NCBI RefSeq assembly: GCF_009914755.1 | Contig: NC_060928.1 | Strand: one strand, 5' to 3' | Length of the DNA: 64,000 nt | Source: the human T2T-CHM13v2.0 reference genome, Homo sapiens | Part shown: positions 1 through 16,726 of the stretch, one piece after another | Numbering within the stretch: the first letter of the stretch is position 1 | Layout: every line of letters begins with the position of its first letter | Translations under genes and position numbers: made by a program | The notes under the pieces: generated by a model | What the model saw: the letters and a program-made list of their open reading frames with translations, nothing else | Told to the model about the DNA's origin: nothing | Databases searched by the model: none

Positions 1-88
1 AGCCAAAATTGCACCACTGCACTCCAGCCTGGGCAACAGAGGACAACTCTGTCTAAAAAGAAAAACAAAAAAAGAAAAAAGAAAGAAA
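1..88 (+). mobile_element. Alu right-arm 3' end with A-rich tail (cut by window edge)
   Basis: GCACCACTGCACTCCAGCCTGGGCAACAGA...TCTGTCT followed by an A/GAAA tail. Confidence 0.95.
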
Positions 89-94
89 TGAAGA

Positions 95-520
95 GATAAA
101 TATATTGAAGATAGATATGAAAAGAGTTTCAATATTTATGTCATATGAGTCCCAGGAAAAAAGAAAAAAAAATTCCTGAAAGGCAGAATATATTTGGATA
201 CATAATAACCAAGAATTAGAGAAAGACATGAAACATTAAAAGGAGTCATAGAATTTTCTTTTAGGAGAGATTTTTCTAAAAATGTAACCAACCACAACAA
301 AAACATCCATACCTGGACAGAATGTAACAGTACCAAAATGAAAGAAAAACTTTAAAAGTTTTTGGAGACAAAAAGATCACCCCTAAAAGGTAATTATTGG
401 ATCATTATATTCTTCATCAGTAACATTAGATATAAGACAAGAGTTTGGTAACATTTTAAAGTTTTGAAAGAAAATGAATTTCTATATAATATTTTATATT
501 CCAGTTAAACTATTATTTAA
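95..520 (+). mobile_element. Ancient L1M/HAL1 ORF1-region fragment
   Basis: A-rich degenerate sequence resembling old L1 ORF1 (GAGTCCCAGGAAAA..., TTTTAAAGTTTTGAAAGAAAATGAATT); highly diverged. Confidence 0.45.
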
Positions 521-544
521 ATATTTGTCTTTATAAGTGTGAGT

Positions 545-1180
545 TTTCTAGAAAACAGAATCATACGATATGAAGTTTTTAGTGACTTTTTTCACTTAGC
601 ACATTTTCAAACTCCATCCATGGTTTGGTGTAAGTTCAGTACTTTATCCCTTGTAATGGCCAAATACTATTCCAGTATATGAACATACCACATTTTGTTT
701 GTATATTCATTGGCTGATGAAGATTTGAGTTGTCTCCACATTTTTGTTACCATGAATAATGCTGTTATGGACATTAATTTTCAAGTTTTTGTGTGAACAT
801 GTTTTCATTTTGTTTGGATATATACCACAGAGTACAACTGCTGGGTGAAATAACAACTCTGTTCAATTTTTGAGAAATTAAGAAATGGTTTTCCAAAGTA
901 GCTACACCATTTTACATTCCCACCAGAGAGTATGAAAGTTCCAATTCTTTCACATCCCAACACTCTTTATTATTCTGTCCTTTTGATTAGAGGCATCCTA
1001 GTGGGTTTAAGTGGTATTTCACTATGTTTTTTTCTTCATTTCCCTGATGGCTAATGATATTGAGCATCTTTTTATGTAATTATCGACCATTTGTGTATCT
1101 TCTTTGGAGAAATTTCTATTCAGAAGTTTTCTCCACTTTTTGTGTCATTTGTCTTTTTGTTATTGAGTTTTATAAGACTT
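545..1180 (-). mobile_element. Old L1M (L1MB-like) 3' region, first part
   Basis: Antisense L1 3' motifs: CATACCACATTTTGTTT, TTTTCCAAAGTAGCTACACCATTTTACATTCCCACCAG, TTTCCCTGATGGCTAATGATATTGAGCATCTTTT. Confidence 0.85.
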
Positions 1181-1184
1181 AAAA

Positions 1185-4808
<3,624 letters not shown>

Positions 4809-4821
4809 GTTTAAAAAAAAA

Positions 4822-5045
4822 GGTGAGGTCTTGTTTCTGTGTTCTAAATTCTATTTCACTATTTGTCTATCCTTATGCTACTACCAACATTGTGTTGATT
4901 ACTGCTACTCTGTAGTAAGTTTTGAAATTGACAAATGTGAATACTTCAACTTCATTCATATTTTTCAAGATCATTTTGTCTATCTGAGACTCTTGAGTTT
5001 TCAAATGAATTTTAAGGTCAGCTTATCGGTTTCTACAAAAAGAAG
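4822..5045 (-). mobile_element. Old L1M, continuation after the L1PA7 insertion
   Basis: TGTTGATTACTGCTACTCTGTAGTAAGTTTTGAAATTG, antisense L1 ORF2 3' region. Confidence 0.75.
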
Positions 5046-5499
5046 GTTGTCCAATCTGTTCCTCCTTCTTGGCAACTGTATCATATATCAGATTTTCATA
5101 TACACATGAAATGTTAAGTTATAGCTCAGTTGTAAATTTAAGAGAAGATGGAAATATTTGCAAGGTAATAATAGTTTGCTCAGGTTTGATAATTTTACCT
5201 TAAGGTCCCCATTTCTATAAAAACTTTATGACAATGTTTAAGTATGAATGTGATTTGGAGGACACAAAAAATTCAGGGTAAAATGAAGGACAATGATACC
5301 TGAAATTCCTGAGATAATATTGTCGAAAGAGTATTTCCAATTCATTTATTTCTTTATTCCAAAGTTTTTGTTAAGAAAAACTATGTATAAAATCCCTCAA
5401 GGTGTGATATCTTTAAAAAGTTCTTGAACTAGATAAAAGAGATATCTCATATTGGAACATCTAAGCCCTAACTCTACCACAGCAGGAGAAGATCTATTC

Positions 5500-5750
5500 T
5501 TGCATTTAGTAAGCATTTGAGTATATTCTGTGTGTCGTGATGGGGACACAAAGTGGTTCTCCCTGAGTTCACAGTCTATTGTGGAGACAATTATGATTCA
5601 GAATGGTAAGTGCCAGGATAGCAGCAGGCATAGATATCTTTAAAAACGCCAAGGAGAGCATCTAATGAAACCTGTCATTAATGGTTAAACTGCAGAAGGA
5701 AGAATAGTTAAAATTGTGAAGAAGTAAGAAAGGTGTTTCAGTTAGAAGAA
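5500..5750 (-). mobile_element. L2 fragment (resumes at ~6526-6600 after L1 insertion)
   Basis: CATTTAGTAAGCATTTGAG, CCCTGAGTTCACAGTCTA; joins across the L1 to AAGTGCAAAGG, the L2 motif CAGAGGGAACAGCAAGTGCAAAGG. Confidence 0.6.
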
Positions 5751-6510
5751 TTTTTTTTAACTTTAAAGTTCAGGGATACAATGGTTTCTTACATAGGTAA
5801 ACTGGTTTCATGGGGGTTTGATGTACACATTATTTTATCACCTGGATATTAAACCTAGTACTCTTTAGTTATTTTTCCTGATCCTCTCCCTCTTCCCACC
5901 CTCTACCCTTCAAAAGGCCTCAATGTGTGTTGTTCCTTTCTATGCATCCATGTGTTCTCATCATTTAGCTCATAGGTGAAAATATGTGGTATCTGGTTTT
6001 CTGTTCCTGTGTTAGTTTGCTAAGGATAATGGCCTCCAGCTCCATCCATGTCCCTGCAAAGGACTGGATCTCATTCTTCTTAATGGCTGCATAGTATTCC
6101 ATCACATATACATACCACAATTTCTTTATCTAGTCTATCATTGATGGGCATTTAGGTTGATTCCAGTCTTTGCTATTGTGAACCGAAAGAAGACATACAT
6201 GTGGCCAAAAATCATGTGAAAAAAAGCTCACCATCACTGATCATTAGAGAAATGCAAATCACAATCACAATGAGGTACCATCTAACACTAGTCAGAATGG
6301 CTATTATGAAAAAGTCAAGATAATAGATGCTGCTGAGGTTGTGGAGAAAAAGGAATGGTTATACACTGTTGGTGGGAATGTAATTGAGTTTGACCATTGT
6401 GGAAGACAATGCGGTGATTCCTCAAAGACCTAAAGACAGAAATACCATTTGACCTAGCAATTCTACTACTGGGTATATACCCAAAGGAATATAAATCATT
6501 CTATTATAAA
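5751..6510 (-). mobile_element. Short L1PA13-16-like insertion with 5' inversion (twin priming)
   Basis: 5751-6182 is the antisense 3' end with poly(T); 6186-6510 is the adjacent upstream L1 segment in the opposite orientation; imperfect TSD TTAGAAGAATTTT / TCAGAAGAAAGTTT. Confidence 0.88.
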
Positions 6511-8612
6511 ATCAGAAGAAAGTTTAAGTGCAAAGGTGTGGAAATGAGAGACAGCACGGAATATTCAGAAAAGAGAAAGTAGCTAGACCGAGAAGTGAGT
6601 GTGACATGTTCAACTTTATTATTATACAAACATCTATTTTCCGTTTAGAAGTTAGCATGGTTGAAAACAATTATTTTCACTGGAGATAATGCAACTGTAG
6701 AGCTGTTTAACTTCTAATGTGTACCTCAGACCCCTAACTACCAAAGAAATAAAGACGTAGCAAAGTGGGACCTGAGGCTGATAGGACACAGACTAAGCAC
6801 ATCTGCCCTCCGCTCCAACTTTTCATACATCACTAAATTGTTCCTTGGAGTAATTTGAGAACCAGGAATTAAATAACAAAGCCCTAATTTGAGGGGATTT
6901 AGCTCTAAATCATACTGGAATTGTAGTAGCAAGATGGTAGAAAAAAGGAAGGAAACTATAAATGAATAGGGCCAACATAAAACGATAGACATGCATATAA
7001 GAATGGATTTCAGAGGAGGTCAAATTTAGATCCTCTGAATTGGATGGTAAACTTGAGTTCAACAGTAGCAGAAATCTATAATACAGATTTTCAAGAAATG
7101 GCAATATTCAGGCAGGTAATTCTTATGGGTATCTGGTTTAAGAATCTGAAGATAGTGATAATAAGACCCCGCCTCCATGGAAAAGGAAGAAATAGTGGCA
7201 AGGAATATCTACACAGTGTCAGAGCCCTAACCTAGAGGAATGTAGTTTCATCAGAAAAACTGAAAAGAAAATAAAGAAATCAATCCAGAAATGTAGTCAT
7301 ACGAATTGGGAAGATACAATGGGGTGTTTTAAAGCCTGAATCTCAGGGATCACAGGGACCTGGGATAAACTCCTAACATTATGATGCCAGGCTTAGGACA
7401 GCATAATGAATAAGGGTCCCTGCTTGTAGCTAGCCATGGGGTTCTGAAAGTACTGACTGCAGAGAGCTGACTCCAGAATTGGTATCAGTAAGTCTGCAGG
7501 ACAACAATATCAGAGACTTCAAGGGCTAGGGAGGGCCAGGCTGGATAGCAAGGTAAAAACATATCAATCATATTCCAGAGAAATAATTGGCTATTCAGAT
7601 ATTTATTCTACCTGAATAACTATATAATATAAAGTTAAAATGTGCATAGTTAAGCTCCATTTGTTTCTAAATATTTATGGCAAAAGTTAACCAATAGCAA
7701 GATGGTACACTGAACTTTGACTGTTGGTCTAGACATTTTGGCACCATAGTAACGTAACCACTGAGCACATGCTGCAGAACTGTAACTCTGCCATACATAT
7801 GTGTCACTCCCATATATTTTGCAAATGCCTCCCCCAAAGATGAAATACAGCCTATTTAGGAAGGAATAAATAGCCTTATCCTCTACAAATGGAAATTCAC
7901 TTTCAATTATTTTAAAATGCCTTTGTTCTATAACATTTTAAGATGATAAAAACCACCCATCAGAAAAGTTCTTTTTGAATACTTCCACAGGCTGCTGTTT
8001 ATTGAGTGAGAAAAGGGAAGCATAGGAGTACAACTACGTTCACTTCTAGAGAGAATTCTGAGGGCTTTGAGAATTTACTAAGTTAGTTACTTCATTGAAA
8101 ATCAGGGAAACTATCTCTATCTTATCTTTGCAATAAAGAGGCTTATTAATATTATTAAAATAGGAATCATGGAAAACATTTGGGGAATGAGATAGGAAGA
8201 CTACTATCTGCTTTCTTTTAAAAGGGGTTTTGATGAGAACATAAATACAGATTTAGAGAACTATTAAAACTCCAGCTACAAAGGAAATGAAAAACTTGAA
8301 TTGCCTGTATTCTTGTCATCTCCACAGCTATCCATCTCATAATAGCCTTATTGCAACTAGACACGGGGTGATGAATGCAGAAATGTCAGACAAAAAGAAA
8401 TGTGTAAAGATAAAAGGCTATAGGGTGGGGAAAAAAACCCATACAACAAAGAAGTGACTGCATGTTGCTTTTGTTATCATTTTGTTTCCAAAAGCTGCCC
8501 AGGTGGCAGCTAAGCCAGAATTCCATAAAGATAGACGCAATCCACAAAAGGCCCCTGATGTTTCTGAAAAAAAATTATAATATATAAAAAGATGGACAAA
8601 CCTAACACCAAA

Positions 8613-8616
<4 letters not shown>

Positions 8617-8655
<39 letters not shown>

Positions 8656-8704
8656 GCCTATCTGTCTCTCTCTTTCTCTCTCTCACTGTCTCTCATCTTT
8701 CTCT
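8617..8704. repeat. (TC)n microsatellite with degenerate extension
   Basis: About 16 perfect TC units, then interrupted TC. Confidence 0.95.
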
Positions 8705-9109
8705 AAAGTTAAGGCTTAAACTCATATGAACATGTTTTATTTAAGGACCTCAAAGCATTATACCCACAATTAATTATTCGACCATTTCCTATTATCAGTC
8801 GAAGACCGGAAGCCTTGAGAGTCAGGTTCAGCAGGAGCCTTCAAGTCCTATTATGCAGAAATAGAGGGTAAGTTACTGACTTGAGTGCCACAAGCATCAA
8901 TAAGAGAGCCATTGTTGCTTCCTTCTGTTTTAACCATTCTCATTTCCCAAAAAATTGCTTATTGTAATCTGCCAGAGATAAGAAAACCACATCATACAGT
9001 GTCTTCTCTTTATTGAGTCATTAATTGTACACTTCAGAGATGCATCATCTCTTTCTCTAAAGAATACATTTTAATTAAACCAAATTACATATAGAATTAC
9101 CTCACTGTT

Positions 9110-9134
9110 AAAAAAAAAAAAAAAAAAAAAAAAA
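9110..9134. repeat. A25 homopolymer
   Basis: Direct observation. Confidence 0.95.
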
Positions 9135-9699
9135 CCTCCTAAATACCATCATCAAGTTTTTTTTAAGTACTCTGACTCTTCCAAATACCCATTCAGTCAT
9201 GGTACAAATATTTAGATGGACTTTATTTTCTAACTTTACTCCTCTTTATTACACATAAAAATTACCTTATATAATAAAAATGAGAATATTCCATTATTTT
9301 CCCAAGTGGCACCATTGATACTACAGAAGAGAAAACTTTCTTAGGAAAAATGTATTCACCTGTGATAACGTTAGAAAGTCTTTCCCGAGAGCCCAAGTAA
9401 CATTAGCTGAACTGACATTCACCAGTAGGGGGATGCATCTCTGCACAACAGAAAAAGAAGTCTGGGAGCACCTAGAGAACATACAGAACTGAAACAATGA
9501 GAAATGGAAAGGTAAAGAGAAGGAGGAAAAAACAGGCCAGTGATAACGGTGTGTGAATTATTAACTGTTACTCACTCCTATAAGCCTAACCCACAAAATA
9601 ACTTCACCAAAGTCAATTAAGTTGTCTGCTCCAGGACACAGATTAAGACACTTGACTCAGGTCCCCTCACCCAAACAAAACCCTCAAGATACCAGAACC

Positions 9700-11990
9700 A
9701 GAAAGTATGTAGGGGATGGTGTAGGGGAATGAGATAGAATAAAAATGAAAGTAAGCTGAGATTGTTGTCTTATATTGATAGCAAAGGTCAGTACAACTAG
9801 GGGTCTTAATTAGTTAATGACAACAAGTAGATGAATAAAAATAGAATACATTCTTTCCAACCAAAGTGCCAAAAAAAATAAAATTTGAACAAAGAAAATT
9901 TTATCTCCAATCAAAAGTGAGAAAGGAAGAAAGAAGCATGGTATTTGTACAAAATAAAGTGTTAGTAATAAGTCTTGATTTACATTATTACAACAAAAGA
10001 ATTAAACTCAACGTTTATGAGACATAAACTCTTAAAATGAATTTTTCCCAAGTAAATCCAACAATGTGTTGCACTAGAGGCACCAAAAAAGATAAAGGCA
10101 CAGAAAAACCACAGAAAACAAAGGGATTAAAAATATATATTAAGCAATATGTACTAGACATAATATAATTTAAGATGAAAAATCCCCTAAAGGATAAAGA
10201 TGCAAATTTTACACTGGGCAAAAAATCCAACATACTAATAAAATATAATAATCATTAATATATACTCCCAATAATAAAATCTCATAATATATAAAGCAAA
10301 AACAATAATTACTAGAAAAAAATAACATTTAGTTTCAGTACAGATTGTAATGTATCCATCTAAAACTGGTAAATAAAACAATGAAAAAAGAACATAGAAG
10401 ACAGGAATAATATTCTCAATAAATTTGAAATAATGGACATTTTGAAAAATGTATATCCAGGAAACAGAGAATATACATTATTTTTGAAACAAGAATATAT
10501 TTAACAACCCGTCATAAATTAGGTTAAAAAGGCAGTCTTGAATAAATTTCAAAGAATTATTTTTGAACACGTCATATTTTCTGATAACAATATAAGAAAA
10601 TAAAAATGAAGAGTAATAATATCCCATATAACTGAAAATCAATAACCTTATGTCCAAAAATCAGTGGGTTGAAGAGCAAATAGCTCAAATTATGAAATAC
10701 AGTTACAAGATTATGAAAGCACGGCACATCATAATTTGAGAAACAAAGTGATGATATACGTAAAGTCTAATTTACAAATAGAAAAAAACAAGAAATAAGG
10801 ATTACTAAAAAAATTAAGCATTCAACTCAAAAAATAAAAAATAAGCAAGAGAATATTTTTTAAACTAAGAAAGAAGGAGTAATAAAACCTAGAAATCAAC
10901 AAAATAGAAAAAAAGGAAGAGAAAGGATTGACAAAACCATGCTATTTTAAAACACTAATATGGCAATTCATGGGAAACATTCATCAGGCAAAAATAAAAA
11001 AATGAATAAATAAGCAAAATTCTGAATGAAAAAGAAACATATCACTGTTTACAGAGCAGATTTTTAAAAATTATAAATGAATCTTTTTAGTGACAACATG
11101 GGCCAATAAGAAATAGAAAACTGGAATAGATCAATAACCATTAAAAATAATAAGATTATAGAAGAAAACTCCTCTTCAAAAGAAGTAATCACCCAGATAA
11201 ATTTTTTAGGCAGAGTTTACCAACCATTCAAAGAACACATAATAACCTACAGCTTCTATGGTGCCCACCGGACTTATGCAATATGAAAATTATAATTGGA
11301 AAATGTTTAAATCAATATGGAAGAAAAAAATCCTAAAAATAACTATGATAATCCTGGAAGAGAAGAGAAAATAATGAAGACTAATTCTATCAGCTATTAA
11401 GCTATTTTATAAGGCTACAGTAATTAAGATAGTACTGTAATAATAGAAAATGAAGCCAGATCAATGTATATCCACCTTATACCAATGTTTCTTACAAATA
11501 TAATAATTTAGACAATAAGAAATATTGGAAAGGGTTATAGGTTTATGTATTAGTGAAGTGATTTTAGGGTACAAATTGACAGAACCCGGTAAAACTGAGT
11601 ATATGCATAGCCTATGCTCTGTTCCACTTTTGGTTTTAAACTCTCAGAGAAACTTTCATACCTGAATACAAAGAGGAAAGTATAAACATGCTCATTCTAG
11701 TCTTGTTTGTAATAGCAAACACTCGGAAGCATCTATAAATATCCATCGAGGTAAAAAGATAAATTAAATGCTATATGAGGTATTATTTAAGGCTAAAATT
11801 ATATATATATATCAAATGTAGATAGGTCTTAGAAAAAGTTTTGTGAAGTCAAAAATAGAATGAGAGGCACATCAAAATATAACAGTATAGATACTTTAAG
11901 TAAATATAAAACATATATATAGTGTATACATCACAAATACGAAATATATAATATACATTATTTTACATTTTATAATGTGTATTTATATTA
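9700..11990 (+). mobile_element. Ancient, internally deleted L1M (ORF2 EN region through 3' end)
   Basis: Degenerate L1 motifs: AGAGAATATACATTATTTT, AATAAATTTCAAAGAATT, TATAAGGCTACAGTAATTAAGATAGT, TGTTTGTAATAGCAAA. Confidence 0.7.
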
Positions 11991-12504
11991 AAAAAAGACA
12001 TAGAAAGTACATACATACAGAACGAATGCTTGTTTGAGTGATGTTTTGGCACTGAAAATCAATTAAAGAGCTAGATTCACATTGGAATGATACACTGCAG
12101 AACATAGAAAAAAAATAAGAGGAAGAAACTAACAAGCAGAGAGCGCCAGCATATCTCAGTCTTTCATCAACCTCCCTGTACAAAAAATAAACAAAAATAT
12201 TGATGGAAGCTTTGGATTTCCATAGATCATGAAATTAGAGAATTCAAGTCGCCACTATCATCTAGATAATACAAGGCTGTAGCAGGTCCCAACTGACATC
12301 TCACTTAGATTTATAACAATGAAACTTTTATTGAGGGCAAAACCATGTCTTAATTTAGTTAAGCTCAACAACTCACAATATGTTTCTTATGCATGAGATA
12401 TTGTGCTACAAGCTGCTTTGGCTTATGAGATGATTGGAAGGGCAGAAAAGATGTCTTTTAATCACATTTATAGAATATCCAAAATAGCGTCACACATTCA
12501 AAGT

Positions 12505-12600
12505 ACTCATCAGGCTCAGAGAAGCTAAATGGCGTGCCCAATATCATGTAGTTAATAAATGGACTAAAAATGAGAAGCCGAGATACTGAAAGTTCTGAGC
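12505..12600 (-). mobile_element. MIR fragment
   Basis: AGGCTCAGAGAAGCTAAATGGCGTGCCCAATATCATGTAG, MIR core antisense. Confidence 0.6.
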
Positions 12601-13059
12601 AATTTAGATAAATGCTAAAAATAAATCAGAAGAATAAATTCACAGCAATATTTTCTTTAAACAACAAAAAAGAATAACCAATATTAAATATAGGAGTAGA
12701 CATACTTGAATGATATGAAAAAAATGGGAATATCATATTGTGTGGGAACCAAGGATAGAAGTAGTCCACTGTAGAAGTAAAAAGAGAGTACAAATTATGA
12801 TAATAACATGTTATCTATGCTACATTTCTTGTTTTTTATTGTTACTTTCCCTCTAATGCAAATGGTTTGACCTCAATGCGATGCCTCTCTCATACTGAAC
12901 CTATTGTCACTAGGTGGTCTTCCAGCACAAAGCCTGAACTGGCAGTCTTATCTAAATCAGACACCACCACAGTTCTCTTGTATCATGATCCACAGCTTTT
13001 GAGGTCACCATGATGACTTCATTTAGGCAGTAATCGTTACACTGTCAGTGACAGCAATA

Positions 13060-13604
13060 TAATAGTCCCATCCTTATCCACAGGCAATACATTGTAAGAC
13101 CACCGGTGGATGCCTGAAACCACAGATACTACCAAACCCTCTATATACTATGTTTTTTCTCATATATACATAACCTCTAATAAAGTTTAATTTATAAATT
13201 AGGCACAGTACATTAACAACAACTGAAGATAAAATATAACAATTATAACAATATGCCAGCATCACTGCTCTTGAGATTGAAAACATTATTAAATAAAATA
13301 AGGATTGTTTTAACAGAAGCACTGTAATACCACAACAGTTGACTGATAACCAAGAGGGCTACTAAGTGATGAATGAGCAGATAGTGTGTACAGTGTGAAT
13401 GCACTCGACAAAGGACATAATTCACATCCCAGGTAGGACAAAGCAGGATAGCACAAGATTTCATCACACCTCTCACAGTGGCCCACAATCTAAAATTTAT
13501 GAATTGTTTGTCTCTGGAATTTTTCATGTAATACTTTTAGACATGGTTGAGTGAGGATAACTGAAACCACAAAAAGCAAAACAATGGATAAAGGAGGACT
13601 GCTG
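13060..13604 (+). mobile_element. MER44B-like (Tigger7-derived TcMar) non-autonomous DNA transposon
   Basis: Terminal inverted repeats TAATAGTCCCATCCTTATCCA ... TGGATAAAGGAGGACTGCTG, flanked by TA; internal GGATGCCTGAAACCAC motif. Confidence 0.85.
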
Positions 13605-16339
13605 TAATTGCTCAATCAATCATCTAATTGTTAAATGATACAAAATTGGGATGATTCCACTAACATGTAACACCATTTTTTAACTTTCCACCAGGAATTT
13701 GAAAACTGGATTCATACGCAAGTAGGTGAACACGATTTGATAATAGATAGTCAATTCATATTTTAGCCTGGGCAGCCTCTGGGGGAGCATTTCCATTCTT
13801 TAGACAGAAAATACAAAATTTTATTCTTATTGCCAGCCCGGCCCAGGGCCAGAGAAGAAACGTGAAGATTACTGTTCTCCTAAAAAAAGACATGAATATA
13901 ACCACCGGCCAACAACATCATTAGCCACCCATTCAATACTTCAATGATGATTGATGTGAATAGGGAAGCATTAGTCTCTTGGGATTGTCCAGAGTGGTTC
14001 ATGACAGTAACAGAATTATTGCAGTCAGCCATAAGTCACCGATGTTGCGGCACTTCCCTTAAAAAAACTCTATCCCCATGGCCTTAAGGGTTTGCACAGC
14101 TAACCTGCCTTATATATTTAACTTTGGTTTTCTCATTCAATCTCTGAAAGGAGTTGGATTAGAATAGAAATTTAAAAGTTTATTTTAACTTCCTTATCCA
14201 TAAAAACAGGTGATACAAATTGATGTTCTTAAAATGTTTTATTATTCTAAGTCAGGACTTTTCATATTTACTTTAAAGGGATTCTTATTTGCTTCCTTTC
14301 TTATATTTAACTTCTTATCTTAGTGCTCTATTGCCCAAATTAAAATGGAAGGTTTGCTTCCGAAGAATATATTCAGAACATATAGAGACTGAATTAGAAT
14401 AGAATGACCATAGGGTACTTTCCTTAGTTGAAACAACTTTTTTTAAGTGCAAAACAAAAAAACAAATAAATCCTCTATAACTTCAGAGGTGAGAAGTGTG
14501 ATAATTTGTGAGAAGTAAACATTTTTATTTCTCCTAAGATGACACAAAGGTGATGGAAAAACTGATGGCCTGGTGGATAGTAATTTTGAGATTTTTTTGG
14601 TCTGAGGGTCAAGAAAAAAACAAAATGGATAGTGGGGCCACCGAATGTGTTACTTAACTAAATAAAGAGGATCTTGTAATAAAGAGGGACAGCCAGTTCA
14701 AGATGAAGGAAAGAACCAATGTGTTTGTTTTCTCTACCTCCCAAAATCCCATTAAAATGACAGAAAAGATACAATAAAAATTAATTCTATGGTTTTTAGA
14801 AAACAAAAGGATTACCCGAACAGAAAATATAAGGACTTTTTGGAATAGAGAGAGAAAGTACATCGGGCATCAGATAGATGGAGAAACAACAGCACAGAAA
14901 ACTACAGGCCAGAATACAAAAAAGATCTAAAGAGACTAAGAGCCATACATTCCAAGAGAATTATGGAGAAACTTCACACAGCACCAACAAGTACAGAAGA
15001 TAGAAGCAAACTGTGAGCAATTAATAACTGTACTAATGGAAATTACGAACTAGTAATCCCACTTCTCCTGTATGGGAGATGGGTGGAGATATAAACTGCA
15101 GGTTAGCCTTATAAAAATGCACAAGACAAAGTCTGTAAATAAAATCGACAAATGAGCAGTTACTTCCGTATATAAATGTGTATTAATACACACACACATA
15201 CACACAAACTTAACATATAAACTCATACCCTGATAAAAGAGGAACTTATAACTCTGTTTCATAAAATGGGATCATATCATAAAATTACCTGAAGCACTGA
15301 ATATAAAGTGATTTAAAACTCATAAGATTATCTCTCATGTGCCAAATCTCAGAATACATGATAGACTATACAGAATATAAGAACAGGAGAAATTGCTGTG
15401 ATTAAGTTGTATGAATTGTAGGATTATTATTCTAACCATAACACCTAACAAAACTTATTTGACTCAATCTAACAAGACTTATTGGTTGATTTTGAAGGAA
15501 AGCTGTTTAATGAATTGCAATACAGAATTTAATTAAGAAAATAATTAAAACTACAAGTTTAACCTAACAGGAAACTTTAAGATTACTACATAATGTTACC
15601 AGGGAACATTATACAGATAATTTTATGTGCCACAAAGATCAAGATTGCAATCATGAGTCAAGAAGAGAACTGGATCACCAAGATAGCACAACTGCCAATG
15701 GTTCTCACTTTCATTGTGATGGTTCAAGAAGAATTTTGTTTGAAATGATACAGCTAAATCCATGATGTGTCATTTAGTTTTCATTTAGCTGCAAGTAAGA
15801 GAAAAACAGCTAACAGTTGGCACTTAATTATCTCAAATAATGAGAAGTCTTGAAGTAAGCAGTTTAAGGGCTACTGAAAAAGCTCAATGACTTTAAGTGA
15901 CAATTTTTGATATAAACTTATAATTCAAATGTATGAGGACACTATGACATGGAAGTAACTAAGGTGACCATCAAATAAATAAATAAATACCTTCAACACA
16001 TAGCTAAGGTCTACATCAACTTAGTTATATATCATAACTTATTCCTCTGCCTCCTTTTTGGCAATTTATATAACTTTGTTATTTTGAATAAAATATGCAT
16101 GCTAATTTCTGAAATTTTAAAATATGAAAGAATTTGACCTTATACATAAACAAAAACATAAATGCATGATTATAGTACATTATAGCTGAACTCAAAATAA
16201 CAACATTATCAGATATTCAAGGACCCAGAAAGTTCAGCATGTACTCACTCCTAAAAAGAGCTTACTCCTGGACATACTTCAGTAAAACAAAAAATCTAAG
16301 AGACAAACATGGGATCCAAGAAACAGTGAAATCACCTAA

Positions 16340-16726
16340 AGTATTAGTCTACTGGATGCTATAACAAAATGCCATAGACTGGGTGGCTTAACAGAAGTTT
16401 ATTTTCTGAAAGTCTGGAAAATGGAAATCCAAGATTAGGATACCAGTACATTCAGTTCCTGAGGAGGGCTCTCTTGATGGTGTGCAAACAGCCACCATCT
16501 CATTGTAGGCTCACATGACCTCTTCTCTGTCTATGCTTGGAGAGACAGCACTCTCCTTATAAGTTCTCTTCTTATAAGGATACTGATCCTTTCAGATCTG
16601 GGGCCCACTTTTATGACATTATTTAATCTTAATTACCCCCTAAAGACCCTGTTTCCAAATATAGACACACTTCAAGTTCAAGCTTCAACACAAGAATTTT
16701 GGGGAGACACAGTTCAGTCCATATCA
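16340..16726 (-). mobile_element. MLT1A-type MaLR solo LTR
   Basis: GCTATAACAAAATGCCATAGACTGGGTGGCTTA ... GGGGAGACACAGTTCAGTCCATATCA; perfect 5-bp TSD CCTAA at 16335-16339 and 16727-16731. Confidence 0.9.

Noticed and set aside
7340-7375. GGG ATC ACA GGG ACC TGG GAT (GITGTWD) resembling the CR1/L3 endonuclease GITETW motif
   Set aside because: Too short, with no extended homology visible by eye.
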